Source: Clostridia bacterium
Lineage (GTDB): Bacteria > Bacillota > Clostridia > Oscillospirales > CAG-272
Reading direction: 5' to 3'
NCBI GenBank assembly: GCA_017445085.1
Contig: JAFSUT010000107.1
Span: forward strand, 1-47,078
DNA: 47,078 bases
Part shown: piece by piece, positions 19,509 through 28,010 of the stretch
How positions within the stretch are numbered: the stretch's first letter is position 1
Layout of the letters: every line of letters starts with the position of its first letter
The notes under the pieces: generated by a model
What the model saw: the letters and a program-made list of their open reading frames with translations, nothing else
Databases searched by the model: none
Told to the model about the DNA's origin: nothing
Position numbers and translations under genes: made by a program

Positions 19509-19752
19509 TGTATGCTGCAATATACGCCGCGGCCTGCGCCGTCGCATCCTCCGGCGTATCCGCCGCGGGCAGATCCAAAAAGGCGGCAACGGCATTTTCA
19601 TCAAAAAAATCCGCGACCTGCTTTATCAGCGGCGGCATTGCCTCCCCTGCCCCCGAAAGGCGCGGATACAGCGCCGTCGCGCAAAGGAGCGAGAGGATCA
19701 GCAAGATCATAGCGAGAGAAAGCAATCTGCGCGATGATATCGACATTTTCAT
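19486..19752 (-). CDS. 88-aa single-pass membrane protein
   Basis: AGGAGG lies 7 nt before ATG 19752. N-terminal TM LLSLAMILLILSLLCATAL. The gene overlaps the M50 gene start by 23 nt. Confidence 0.55.
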   Translation of the reverse strand: MKMSISSRRLLSLAMILLILSLLCATALYPRLSGAGEAMPPLIKQVADFFDENAVAAFLDLPAADTPEDATAQAAAYIAAYNEKYSCD

Positions 19753-19785
19753 AACATTCCTCCTTTCTATCGTTTTATGCGCAAA

Positions 19786-19824
19786 AACAAAAAAACAGGA
19801 CAGTTTTTCTGTCCTGTTTTTGAA
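19786..19824. terminator. bidirectional rho-independent terminator after galT
   Basis: A 9-bp stem (ACAGGACAG at 19795..19803 with CTGTCCTGT at 19809..19817) is flanked by A-rich and T-rich runs. Confidence 0.8.
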
Positions 19825-19831
19825 AAAAACG

Positions 19832-21328
19832 TTATTTTGCATTGACGGCGGCAACAAAGCGGTCAAACGCCGCTCTGCCGGCAGGGTCGCATTTATACAC
19901 GCCGGCGTGTACCAAAACCGTGGCAAAGACCTTGCCGATCTCCTCCTCGATGACCTGATCGATGTTCTCGGCGGTCACCTTTCGGGCAGACAGAATGTCC
20001 TCCGCCCAGTCGGCGTGCTTTGCAAGCGTTTCATCCGCACGCAGGTCGCGCCCCTGTAGCATCGCCTTTTTCAGTGCGTCCATCTCGCCTTTGAGGCGGG
20101 AAGGCAGCACCGCAAGTCCCATCACTTCGATAAGACCGATATTTTCCTTTTTGATATGATGCAGTTCGGGGTGCGGATGATAAACGCCGAGCGGATACTT
20201 TTCGGTGGTGATGTTGTTGCGGAGCACGAGATCCAGCTCGTATTTTTCACCGCGGCGGCGGGCGATCGGCGTCAGCGTATTGTGCGGCTCGCCGTCCGTC
20301 TGTGCAAGGATAAACGCCTCTTCGTCGGTATAAGCGCGCCAGGCGCCGAGGATCTTGTCCGCAAGGTCGATCAGGCGCTCCCGCGACGTTGACGTAAGGC
20401 GGATGGTGGTCAGCGGCCACTTGACAAGCCCCGCGTCTACGTCGGAAAAGCCGACAAACGACAGTTTTTTCTCGATCGGCGCCTTGGTCATGGCAAACTC
20501 GTAGTTGCCGCCCTGGAAATGGTCGTGGCTGAGGATCGAGCCGCCCACGATCGGCAGATCCGCGTTGGACCCGAGAAAATAATGCGGGAACAGCGTGACA
20601 AAGTCCAGCAGTTTACCAAACGCCGCGCGGTCGATCTTCATCGGCGTATGCTCGCCGTTGAAAGCAATGCAATGCTCGTTGTAGTACACGTAGGGGGAGT
20701 ACTGCAAGTACCACTGCGAATCGTTGATCGTGATCGGGATCGGGCGATGGTTTTGCCGTGCCGGCGCATCCACTCTGCCCGCGTAGCCCTCGTTTTCATG
20801 ACAAAGCTGGCACTTCGGATACGAAGACTTTGTGCTGTTTCTGGCGGCGGCGATCGCCTTTGGATCTTTTTCGGGCTTGGACAGATTGATGGTAATATCC
20901 AAATCGCCGAAATCGCTCTTGTACTTCCACCTCAGATCTTTTTTGACGCGGTAGGTGCGGATATAGTCGGTGTCGCGGCTGAGTTTGTAATAATACGCGG
21001 TCGCCGCTTGCGGCGACTCTGCATACAGCGCCGAAAACATATCGATCACTTCATGCGGCGCCGGGGTAAGAAGTCCCATCAGTTTGGTATCAAACAGATC
21101 GCGATAAACGACCGAGTTCTCAATGATCCCCGCCTCTGCCGCATAGTCAAGGATCTCTTTCAGTGTAGATTCAAGATCAACGTCGGCATAGTCCTCTGCC
21201 GGCTCGACGTATTCGTCAAGGTGCAACGCTTCCAACACGCGGTTTGTCGCCCATACGCGATCCACCGGCGATATGAGATAATGCTCCGTGGCGTAGGTGA
21301 TCAGTTTCTTTACGCTCTCATAAATCAT
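19832..21328 (-). CDS. galT: UDP-glucose--hexose-1-phosphate uridylyltransferase (type 2, Gram-positive long form)
   Basis: 498 aa with SILSHDHFQGG active-site region, positioned directly after galM. Confidence 0.88.
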   Translation of the reverse strand: MIYESVKKLITYATEHYLISPVDRVWATNRVLEALHLDEYVEPAEDYADVDLESTLKEILDYAAEAGIIENSVVYRDLFDTKLMGLLTPAPHEVIDMFSALYAESPQAATAYYYKLSRDTDYIRTYRVKKDLRWKYKSDFGDLDITINLSKPEKDPKAIAAARNSTKSSYPKCQLCHENEGYAGRVDAPARQNHRPIPITINDSQWYLQYSPYVYYNEHCIAFNGEHTPMKIDRAAFGKLLDFVTLFPHYFLGSNADLPIVGGSILSHDHFQGGNYEFAMTKAPIEKKLSFVGFSDVDAGLVKWPLTTIRLTSTSRERLIDLADKILGAWRAYTDEEAFILAQTDGEPHNTLTPIARRRGEKYELDLVLRNNITTEKYPLGVYHPHPELHHIKKENIGLIEVMGLAVLPSRLKGEMDALKKAMLQGRDLRADETLAKHADWAEDILSARKVTAENIDQVIEEEIGKVFATVLVHAGVYKCDPAGRAAFDRFVAAVNAK

Positions 21329-21340
21329 GTACCCGCCGCC

Positions 21341-22366
21341 TCAATTCAGTTTGAAAACCGTGATATGATGATAAACCTGTCCTGGATCAAGGCGTGCCTC
21401 GCCGTGCGAAGGGCTGTCCGGCTCATACTGCGTTTCAAAGCAGACGGCGGCGTGTTTGGTCTGCGGGACACCGCCCTTGAAATTGTTGGGATTGTCCCCG
21501 AGGAAGTTGCCGGTATAGATCTGGATGCCGGGCATGGTGGTCAGCACGGTCATCGTGCGCTCGGGCACCGAGCAGACCGCCGCCACTTTCAGTTCGTGCT
21601 TGCCGAAGAGTGCAGTCTCCTTGCCGTTTAAGATAAAGTTGTGATCATAGCCGGCGTAGCCCAACCCCGTCTTGTCGATGTCTTTGCCGATGGCCTTCGG
21701 GGTGCGGAAATCGAAAGCAGTCCCCGTGACGTCCGGGCGCTTGCCGGTCGGCAGGAGGGTCTTGGGATCGGCGTCGGTATAATTGTCAGCGTTGATCTTC
21801 AATACGTGATCAAGGCAGGAAGTGCAGTCCTGTCCGTGCAAATTGAAATACGAATGGTTGGTCAGATTGCAGTAGGTCGGCTTGTCCGTGGTGGCTTTAT
21901 AATCAATGAGCAATCCCTCGGGCTTCAGTTTATAGGTCACCGTCACTTCAAGTCTGCCGGGATAGCCTGCCTCGCCGTCCTCCGAAACGTAGGTACAGGT
22001 CAGCGTGGGTGCGCCGCACTTGCAAACGCCCTCCGTCACGTCCCACACCTTGGTGTTGAACCCGTGCGAGCCGCCGTGCAGATGGGCAACGCCGTTGTTG
22101 CGTTCCAGCGGATAATCCACGCCGTCCAGCGTGATCTTACCGCCGCTGATGCGGTTGGCGTACCGCCCGATGGAAGCCCCCTGGTTTCCGCCGCCTTTGC
22201 GATACCCGTCCAGCGTATCAAAGCCGCAGACGATATCCGTCCCCTTATGGACAAACTTTTGAATGGCTGCCGCATAATCGATCACGGTCAGCGAGAGGTC
22301 GCCCGCGCTGACGGTGTGCGCATAAACTTCTCTGCCGTCCGGCATAATTCCGAATAATTCTTTCAT
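21341..22366 (-). CDS. galM: aldose 1-epimerase (galactose mutarotase)
   Basis: Motifs GRYANRI and HLHGGSHGFNTKVW. ATG 22366 lies 8 nt after GGAGG. Confidence 0.85.
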   Translation of the reverse strand: MKELFGIMPDGREVYAHTVSAGDLSLTVIDYAAAIQKFVHKGTDIVCGFDTLDGYRKGGGNQGASIGRYANRISGGKITLDGVDYPLERNNGVAHLHGGSHGFNTKVWDVTEGVCKCGAPTLTCTYVSEDGEAGYPGRLEVTVTYKLKPEGLLIDYKATTDKPTYCNLTNHSYFNLHGQDCTSCLDHVLKINADNYTDADPKTLLPTGKRPDVTGTAFDFRTPKAIGKDIDKTGLGYAGYDHNFILNGKETALFGKHELKVAAVCSVPERTMTVLTTMPGIQIYTGNFLGDNPNNFKGGVPQTKHAAVCFETQYEPDSPSHGEARLDPGQVYHHITVFKLN

Positions 22367-22399
22367 AACTGTGCCTCCGAAATACAATTTTCTTTCTAA

Positions 22400-22428
22400 A
22401 TTTTAACGCTTTACACGATCGATGTCAA
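22400..22428 (-). promoter_or_regulatory. sigma-A promoter of galM-galT
   Basis: The minus strand reads TTGACA (22428..22423), 17 nt, TAAAAT (22405..22400). Confidence 0.6.
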
Positions 22429-22476
22429 TGTAGAAAACGCGTGTATTTTTTTCACGTTTATTATACTTTGCGTTGT

Positions 22477-23610
22477 TTATCCGTTTGCCGCCGCATAGCC
22501 GAGAGCGATCGCCGCCGCAAGGTTTTCCGCCGCCGCGCGGAGATTTTCCGCCGCGCCGTCTTTGACGTCCGCAAAGATGCAAAAATCGCGCAATGTGGAA
22601 AACGCCGCGTCCGCGCCGAAATTTCCCGTGCCGGAAAGCGCCCCCGACAAAAGAAAAACGGGAACTTCCACGCCCCTCGCGTGCCGGAGCACGCCGGAGA
22701 TCGCCTTGCCTTGTGTGCTTTGCACGTCGGTACATCCCTCGCCGGTGACGACGAGATCGGCGCCCTCGATCATTCGGTCAAAATTGAGCGCATCCAGCAC
22801 CGTTTCGACGCCGCTTTGCAGTTTTGCTCCGAAAAACGCCGCCGCGCCGCAGCCAAAACCGCCGGCGGCGCCCCCGCCGGGCAGGTCGGCAAGGTCAAGT
22901 CCGAGGTCGTCGCGTATGCGATCGAGCATATGCGCAGCGCCCGCCTCAAGGACGTCCACCATCGCGCCGTCCGCTCCTTTTTGGGGAGCATAGCGCTTTG
23001 CCGCGCCGTTCTCGCCGCACAGTGTCCCCGCAACGTCGGTCAGCGCGACGATCTCCACGCAGGAGAGCGCCGCCTTGAGTGCGGAAATATCAATTTTCGC
23101 CACTTCGTCCAGCGTGCCGCCGAGCGGCAGCATATCCTCGCCGGCGGCGTCTGAAAAGCGCGCGCCGAGCGCCGCCGCAGCGCCGCAGCCGAGGTCGTTT
23201 GTGGCGCTGCCGCCGAGGCAAAGCAAGATCTTTTTCACCCCGAGCGCAAGCGCGGTCGATATCATCTGTCCTACGCCGAACGTCGTGGTCAGCATCGGAT
23301 TTTTCCGCCCCTCTGCAAAATGCAATCCCGCCGCCTGTGCCATCTCAACAACCGCCGTTTTGCCGCCGTCGATCAGCGCGATCTTTACCTGCGTGTCCTC
23401 AAAATAGCAGTTTTTCACCGTCGTCACCACGATACCGCCGTCCAGCGCCTTGGCAAGGCAGGTGGCAGTCCCCTCGCCGCCGTCGGCAATGGGGCATTGC
23501 AGTACCCTGGCAAGCGGCAGTTTCTCACGCATCGCCCCGGCAATGATCTCCGCCGCCTCGGGAGAAGACAAGGTCCCCTTATAAGAATCGGGGGCTATCA
23601 CAATTTTCAT
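22477..23610 (-). CDS. glxK: glycerate kinase (GlxK/GarK family)
   Basis: Family-typical N-terminus MKIVIAPDSYKGTLSS, with internal motifs GGSATNDLGCG and VVTGEG. Confidence 0.88.
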   Translation of the reverse strand: MKIVIAPDSYKGTLSSPEAAEIIAGAMREKLPLARVLQCPIADGGEGTATCLAKALDGGIVVTTVKNCYFEDTQVKIALIDGGKTAVVEMAQAAGLHFAEGRKNPMLTTTFGVGQMISTALALGVKKILLCLGGSATNDLGCGAAAALGARFSDAAGEDMLPLGGTLDEVAKIDISALKAALSCVEIVALTDVAGTLCGENGAAKRYAPQKGADGAMVDVLEAGAAHMLDRIRDDLGLDLADLPGGGAAGGFGCGAAAFFGAKLQSGVETVLDALNFDRMIEGADLVVTGEGCTDVQSTQGKAISGVLRHARGVEVPVFLLSGALSGTGNFGADAAFSTLRDFCIFADVKDGAAENLRAAAENLAAAIALGYAAANG

Positions 23611-23646
23611 TTTTTATCTTTCCTTTCGCATCAGGGAAAAATGAGT

Positions 23647-24090
23647 TCACGATTTTTTCCGTAGTTCGTCCGCTGTTTGCAAAATGCGCGGCAGCGCCTC
23701 TGCCGGGTCTTCGATATCCATAACGGCGGACTCCATCGGGCAAAGCCCGTCGCCGCGCCGATTGACGATCCGCGCACATTCCGCATCATAGACATAGGGC
23801 GTCCCCGCCACGTCGAGCACCGCCTTCGCAGGGCTGCTTACAAGGCAGGCGTGCAGTGCCGCAACGCCGCCGTGGACGGCGAGCAGCGCCGCCGCCTTGC
23901 CGATGACTTTATCCGAGATCACCGCGCCGTCAAGTTCGCCGCGCGCGTGCGCGTCAAGCAGCGGCTGTATGCCGCGCTCAAAATACACCTTGACTTCTCC
24001 GTTTTTCAAAATCTGCGCGCAAGTCGCGTTTTGCGACGCACGCACAGATTTTGCGCTTTCTATTTTGTTTTGTAATGCCGCATCCATCAT
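23647..24090 (-). CDS. DUF1893 (TM1506-like) domain protein
   Basis: DKVIGKAAALL and IVNRRGDGLCPME match my recollection of the DUF1893 family. The start lies 13 nt after the larA-like stop. Confidence 0.5.
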   Translation of the reverse strand: MMDAALQNKIESAKSVRASQNATCAQILKNGEVKVYFERGIQPLLDAHARGELDGAVISDKVIGKAAALLAVHGGVAALHACLVSSPAKAVLDVAGTPYVYDAECARIVNRRGDGLCPMESAVMDIEDPAEALPRILQTADELRKKS

Positions 24091-24103
24091 CACTTTGCGC
24101 TCA

Positions 24104-25390
24104 TCAAGCGTCCTCGCGCATGACCATGACCGAGACACCGTCGGGGATAGCGGAAATCTTTGCATTCGAGTTGCCGAGCAGTTCCTGTGCCATCGCAACA
24201 GCGCTCGGCAAATCGGACGCCGGAATCAGATGATAGCCGCGCACAAGTTCGGGGGCGGCTTTGGAAACATAAATGACGCGCGCACGCATCAAAATGCGTG
24301 ATAGAATCTGCGTCATCCATTGGTCGCTGATCGTGTGGGCGCGGTCGCGCGTCATAATGTCGGCGTAGATCTCTCGGACGTCGTCTTTGGCTTTCATACA
24401 GCGGTAAAATTCGTCGCCGCCCGTGCCGTCCGCCGCCGACGCCAGCATAATGATCACGCCGCCGTCACGGACCGCCGCCTCCGCCGCCGTCATCCCCTTG
24501 ACCGACTGATAAATGTTTTGATCGAGGGGGTAGCCGCCGTTGGTGGAGATGACGATATCCGCGCCGCGGCTTTTTGCGCCGCAGTACCTGCTGAGAAAAT
24601 CACATCCCGCCTCGTGCGCCTTTTCCATATCGCCCGCAACCGCGTAGACGACCTTTTTTTCCGCGTTGATCACGACGTTGACGATATAGGCAAGTCCGGC
24701 GCGCCGCGCCGCCCATACCATGTCTTTGTGGATCGGATTGCCGCGGAGAATGCCCGTGCGTGCATAGGGGCTGTCGATAAACTCGGCGCAATGGTTGGCA
24801 AGCACCGTCCGGCGCGAGCAGATCCCCGGCAGGACGCTCTTGCGCCCGCCCGAATATCCGGCAAAAAAGTGCGGCTCGATAAATCCCTCGGCAAGGAGCA
24901 AGTCGGCCTCTACCGCAAGGCGGTTGACGATGCAGGCGCCGCCGGACGGCAAAACGCCGATGTCCGTAAGCATTGTCGCATCGTCGCAGTCGTGGACGTA
25001 AATCTTTTCGTTTTGGACGATCTCTTCCCCGAATTTGGCGACGAGTTCTTCTTTCGTCGTGCCGCGGTGGCATCCCGTTGCGATCAAAATGGTGATCTCC
25101 GCATTTGGATTTCCGCGGCGGATCTCTTCCAGCATCAGCGGCAGGATCACCTTTGACGGCACGGGGCGCGTGTGATCGCTTGCGATGATGACCACCTTTT
25201 GTTTGCCGCGCGCAAGTTCCCAAAGCGGCGGCGAACCATACGGCTTTGCCATCGCCTCTCTGACAAGCGTCACTTCATCCGCCGTCGGATGATAGTGATG
25301 CAGTCCGGACACAAGCACCTCGGAGAGCCGCGTATCCGGCACCGTATATTCGATTTGTTCTTTACCAAACGGGAATTTTAAGTTTTCCAT
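24104..25390 (-). CDS. LarA-family nickel-pincer-cofactor-dependent 2-hydroxyacid racemase/epimerase
   Basis: 428 aa counted from ATG 25390. SDHTR (R75), TGCH (H108), IEPH (H174), SGGRK (K184) and LANH (H200) fall at the same residue numbers as the functional residues of L. plantarum LarA. Confidence 0.8.
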   Translation of the reverse strand: MENLKFPFGKEQIEYTVPDTRLSEVLVSGLHHYHPTADEVTLVREAMAKPYGSPPLWELARGKQKVVIIASDHTRPVPSKVILPLMLEEIRRGNPNAEITILIATGCHRGTTKEELVAKFGEEIVQNEKIYVHDCDDATMLTDIGVLPSGGACIVNRLAVEADLLLAEGFIEPHFFAGYSGGRKSVLPGICSRRTVLANHCAEFIDSPYARTGILRGNPIHKDMVWAARRAGLAYIVNVVINAEKKVVYAVAGDMEKAHEAGCDFLSRYCGAKSRGADIVISTNGGYPLDQNIYQSVKGMTAAEAAVRDGGVIIMLASAADGTGGDEFYRCMKAKDDVREIYADIMTRDRAHTISDQWMTQILSRILMRARVIYVSKAAPELVRGYHLIPASDLPSAVAMAQELLGNSNAKISAIPDGVSVMVMREDA

Positions 25391-25538
25391 AACTTTACCC
25401 CACAATTCTGTATTTATACCTACATTATAGTTTATTTTTCCATAAAAGTAAATAGGCGACACGGAAAACAAAAAAATACACGATGTTCGACAGATTTTTC
25501 AACCTGCAACTTTTTCTCTTATTTTTCGTGAAATCTAC

Positions 25539-25567
25539 TTGACAAAACCTGTCGGCTTTGCTATAAT
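25539..25567 (+). promoter_or_regulatory. consensus sigma-A promoter of tRNA-Gln
   Basis: TTGACA (25539..25544), 17 nt, TATAAT (25562..25567), lying 35 nt upstream of the tRNA. Confidence 0.8.
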
Positions 25568-25601
25568 ACAAACTGTTCCGCAAGAGCGGCAAAACAAATC
25601 T

Positions 25602-25675
25602 TGGGGATTTGTGTAATGGTAGCACTGCAGACTCTGACTCTGCCTGTGGGGGTTCGAACCCCTCATCCCCAGCCA
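25602..25675 (+). tRNA. tRNA-Gln (anticodon CUG), CCA encoded
   Basis: Hand-folded cloverleaf. Acceptor TGGGGAT/ATCCCCA with U1-A72; D arm GTGT-AATGGTA-GCAC; anticodon arm GCAGA-CTCTGAC-TCTGC; T arm GGGGG-TTCGAAC-CCCTC; then G-CCA. Confidence 0.9.
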
Positions 25676-25681
25676 CAAAAA

Positions 25682-25718
25682 GAAAAGTCGCATCAGCGGC
25701 TTTTTCTTTTTGTTTTTT
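25682..25718 (+). terminator. rho-independent terminator of tRNA-Gln
   Basis: Hairpin GAAAAGTCGC-ATCA-GCGGCTTTTT followed by CTTTTTGTTTTTT. Confidence 0.75.
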
Positions 25719-25727
25719 GACTTGCAA

Positions 25728-25824
25728 GGGGTTCGAACGGGTCGGAAGTGAATGACTGCCGGTGGCAGTCAGAGCCGACCCTGACCGAGCCCGCAGGCGA
25801 GACCGAACCCCTCATCCCCAGCCA
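25728..25824 (+). pseudogene. tRNA-Gln 3' fragment (T arm to CCA) interrupted by a 65-nt insert
   Basis: GGGGTTCGAAC (25728..25738) and CGAACCCCTCATCCCCAGCCA (25804..25824) together recreate the T arm and acceptor 3' strand. There is no 5' half, D arm or anticodon arm. Confidence 0.6.
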
Positions 25825-25897
25825 CAAAAAGAAAAGTCGCATCCGCGGCTTTTTCTTTTTGTTTTTTGCGTTGTTTTTTCGTTAGCGCAAAGCGCTT

Positions 25898-27952
25898 TTA
25901 CGTATCTTCTTCGTCCGGCGGCGCTTCGGTTGCCGAGACGTCGGTCGACGCCGCGCCCTCCCCGGTCGCTTCTTCCGTAGGTGTTTGCTCCGCCGATGCT
26001 TCTTCCGCCGCGCCCGCGTCCGTTCGTATCACCGCTTCGATTTTTTCAAAATTGCGCGGGAAATAGGAAGCGTCTGTCGAGATCTCGGTATTTGGAAAAT
26101 AGAGCGCCAGGATCTGCTCGGCGGTCGCCCCTGCTTTTGCAAGATCCAGCGTGCCGAATTGACTGATGCCGACGCCGTGTCCCCATCCCTTGCCCGCAAA
26201 AATAAAGTTGTCCTCATCTTTGGCAGTATAGTTTTTTGTCATCCGCGTAAGTATCACGCCGGGGAAAGTTTCATTGCTCTCATAAATCAAGTCGCCGCCG
26301 CGCGCTACAAAGAGTTCACCCGTATGATTTACCGCGCCGGTCGCCGTCATAACATAGGTCTTTTGCTCCCCGCTTTCCATCACGCCGCCGGCGGTCAGCA
26401 CGTCCGGCGCCTCTCCGACTTCGGCATACGCCCGCTGCGTGCGGCTGTACGTGGAGTTGAGATCCACAGATTCCACCACGTCATAATCATACGCAAGCGC
26501 CCCCTTACCCACAAGGAAATTGGCGCTGTTGACGTACTTTGAAATGGTAGTACGCACCTTGTCACAGCGACTGATCGTCACGGATTTGCCGTCCGAATCG
26601 GTATAGGTGATCGAATACACGTAGGGACTGTCGCCCGAAAACGAATTGATCTTGATATCGGTGATCTTTTTCCCCGTCAGCGCAGAATACCCCTTGCTCC
26701 GCAAATGGTCGGCAAGTTCCTGTGCGTCAACTTCGGTGACCCAAAGTCCGTTGCCGTACTCGGCATAATGCTCCCACGGCGTTGCCACCGGGGTCAGATA
26801 GGGGGTGACCGTGCCGCCCCAGGTGTCGTAGCCGCCCGCCGTATATCCCCCCGTTGACGAGGAGTAATAGGTCACGACCGGCTTGCCCTGATAGGTCAAG
26901 AGGCTGCCGCGTGTGCTTTCTACCGCGCGATAGACGTTATCATTGGCGTTTCCGATCCCGCGGTACACCTGACAATGCGTCGTATTGCAGATATCAAAGC
27001 CGTACGCCGCATGGCGATTCAGATTGTTGACGGTATAACTGCGCACGGTAATGGCAAAAGCGCGCAGCGCCTCGTAATCCCACGTCGGACTGATCTCATA
27101 CGGCACGACGCCGCAGATATAGTCCTCGAGCGGCAGGAGATTGACCAGCTGGATCCCGTCTACTGCATCGGTACGGTAACGGGAATAGACAAACGCGCCG
27201 TCGTACAAGCGCCCCGCGGGCGTGCGGAGATACTGTTTTTTCCCCGCTTTATCCAGCGCCGTCAGCGCAAGAAAACTTTTACCGTTGTCGTCATATTCAA
27301 ATTGGATCTCATTTTTTGCGGGATCGATGACCGAGACTCCGGTTTTGGAGGGCGGAACGATTTGCAACTCCCGCGCCGCCGCAAGTTTTGGGATCGTGCC
27401 GAGTTTTTCCTCCATCTTGCTCTCTGCGGCGTAATCGCCGATGCGCACGCGGAACTGCCCGTCCACGTAAGCGATAAACGGGTGCATATCGCTCCCCTCC
27501 GCCAAAAGCGCCGCGGCAACTTCCGCAAGGAGTTCCTGCGCCGCCTGCGCCGTATCCACACCGTCCGCCGTTTCGATATGCCAACCGCCGACGACGCACG
27601 GATTTTTCCTCGTATAAATAGAATAAGCGCCCGCCGATTGTGAAAGATTATCGTCGCACGCTACTGAAATTTTTGTTTTATCAATGGTAAAGGAAAGGTC
27701 TGTCAATGTGCGCGTTTTACCGAGCGTGGCGGCATGGACGGCAAAACCGACCGTACTCACCGTTTCAAACCCGACCGTGACATCACTGCCGTACATAAGT
27801 CCGGCAGTGATGTAAGTTTCGGATACCGAGGTTTCGGGCTCTGCCGCGGACGCATTCGGTGCAAAGACGTAGAAAAGCACGGAGCCGCAGCTGCCGACCA
27901 TCAGTACAATGAAAATCCAAACGAAAATTTTCACCCAAAGTGGCTGTTTCAT
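25898..27952 (-). CDS. SpoIID/LytB-domain protein (long form, N-terminal membrane anchor, acidic low-complexity C-terminus)
   Basis: SpoIID-type motifs LEDYICGVVPYEISPTW, CNTTHCQVYRG and YYSSSTGGYT. ATG 27952 follows GGGAGGA. Confidence 0.8.
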   Translation of the reverse strand: MKQPLWVKIFVWIFIVLMVGSCGSVLFYVFAPNASAAEPETSVSETYITAGLMYGSDVTVGFETVSTVGFAVHAATLGKTRTLTDLSFTIDKTKISVACDDNLSQSAGAYSIYTRKNPCVVGGWHIETADGVDTAQAAQELLAEVAAALLAEGSDMHPFIAYVDGQFRVRIGDYAAESKMEEKLGTIPKLAAARELQIVPPSKTGVSVIDPAKNEIQFEYDDNGKSFLALTALDKAGKKQYLRTPAGRLYDGAFVYSRYRTDAVDGIQLVNLLPLEDYICGVVPYEISPTWDYEALRAFAITVRSYTVNNLNRHAAYGFDICNTTHCQVYRGIGNANDNVYRAVESTRGSLLTYQGKPVVTYYSSSTGGYTAGGYDTWGGTVTPYLTPVATPWEHYAEYGNGLWVTEVDAQELADHLRSKGYSALTGKKITDIKINSFSGDSPYVYSITYTDSDGKSVTISRCDKVRTTISKYVNSANFLVGKGALAYDYDVVESVDLNSTYSRTQRAYAEVGEAPDVLTAGGVMESGEQKTYVMTATGAVNHTGELFVARGGDLIYESNETFPGVILTRMTKNYTAKDEDNFIFAGKGWGHGVGISQFGTLDLAKAGATAEQILALYFPNTEISTDASYFPRNFEKIEAVIRTDAGAAEEASAEQTPTEEATGEGAASTDVSATEAPPDEEDT

Positions 27953-28010
27953 CACAGATCCTCCCTTCTGCAAAATTCAATTCTCTTCCCTTGCGGAAAA
28001 CAGAATGCGT

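Larger units (their letters stand above)
25655..25868 (+). repeat. 65-nt direct repeat covering the tRNA-Gln 3' part plus terminator; copies at 25655..25719 and 25804..25868
   Basis: Both copies read CGAACCCCTCATCCCCAGCCACAAAAAGAAAAGTCGCATC[A/C]GCGGCTTTTTCTTTTTGTTTTTTG, with one mismatch (25695 A versus 25844 C). Confidence 0.9.

Noticed and set aside
25425-25727. 100-aa minus-strand ORF in the track
   Set aside because: It overlaps the tRNA-Gln gene, its consensus promoter and its terminator, so the open frame is fortuitous.
25728-25824. Possible second functional tRNA gene
   Set aside because: Only the T arm and acceptor 3' strand are present, and they are split by a 65-nt insert. No 5' acceptor strand, D arm or anticodon arm can be found upstream.
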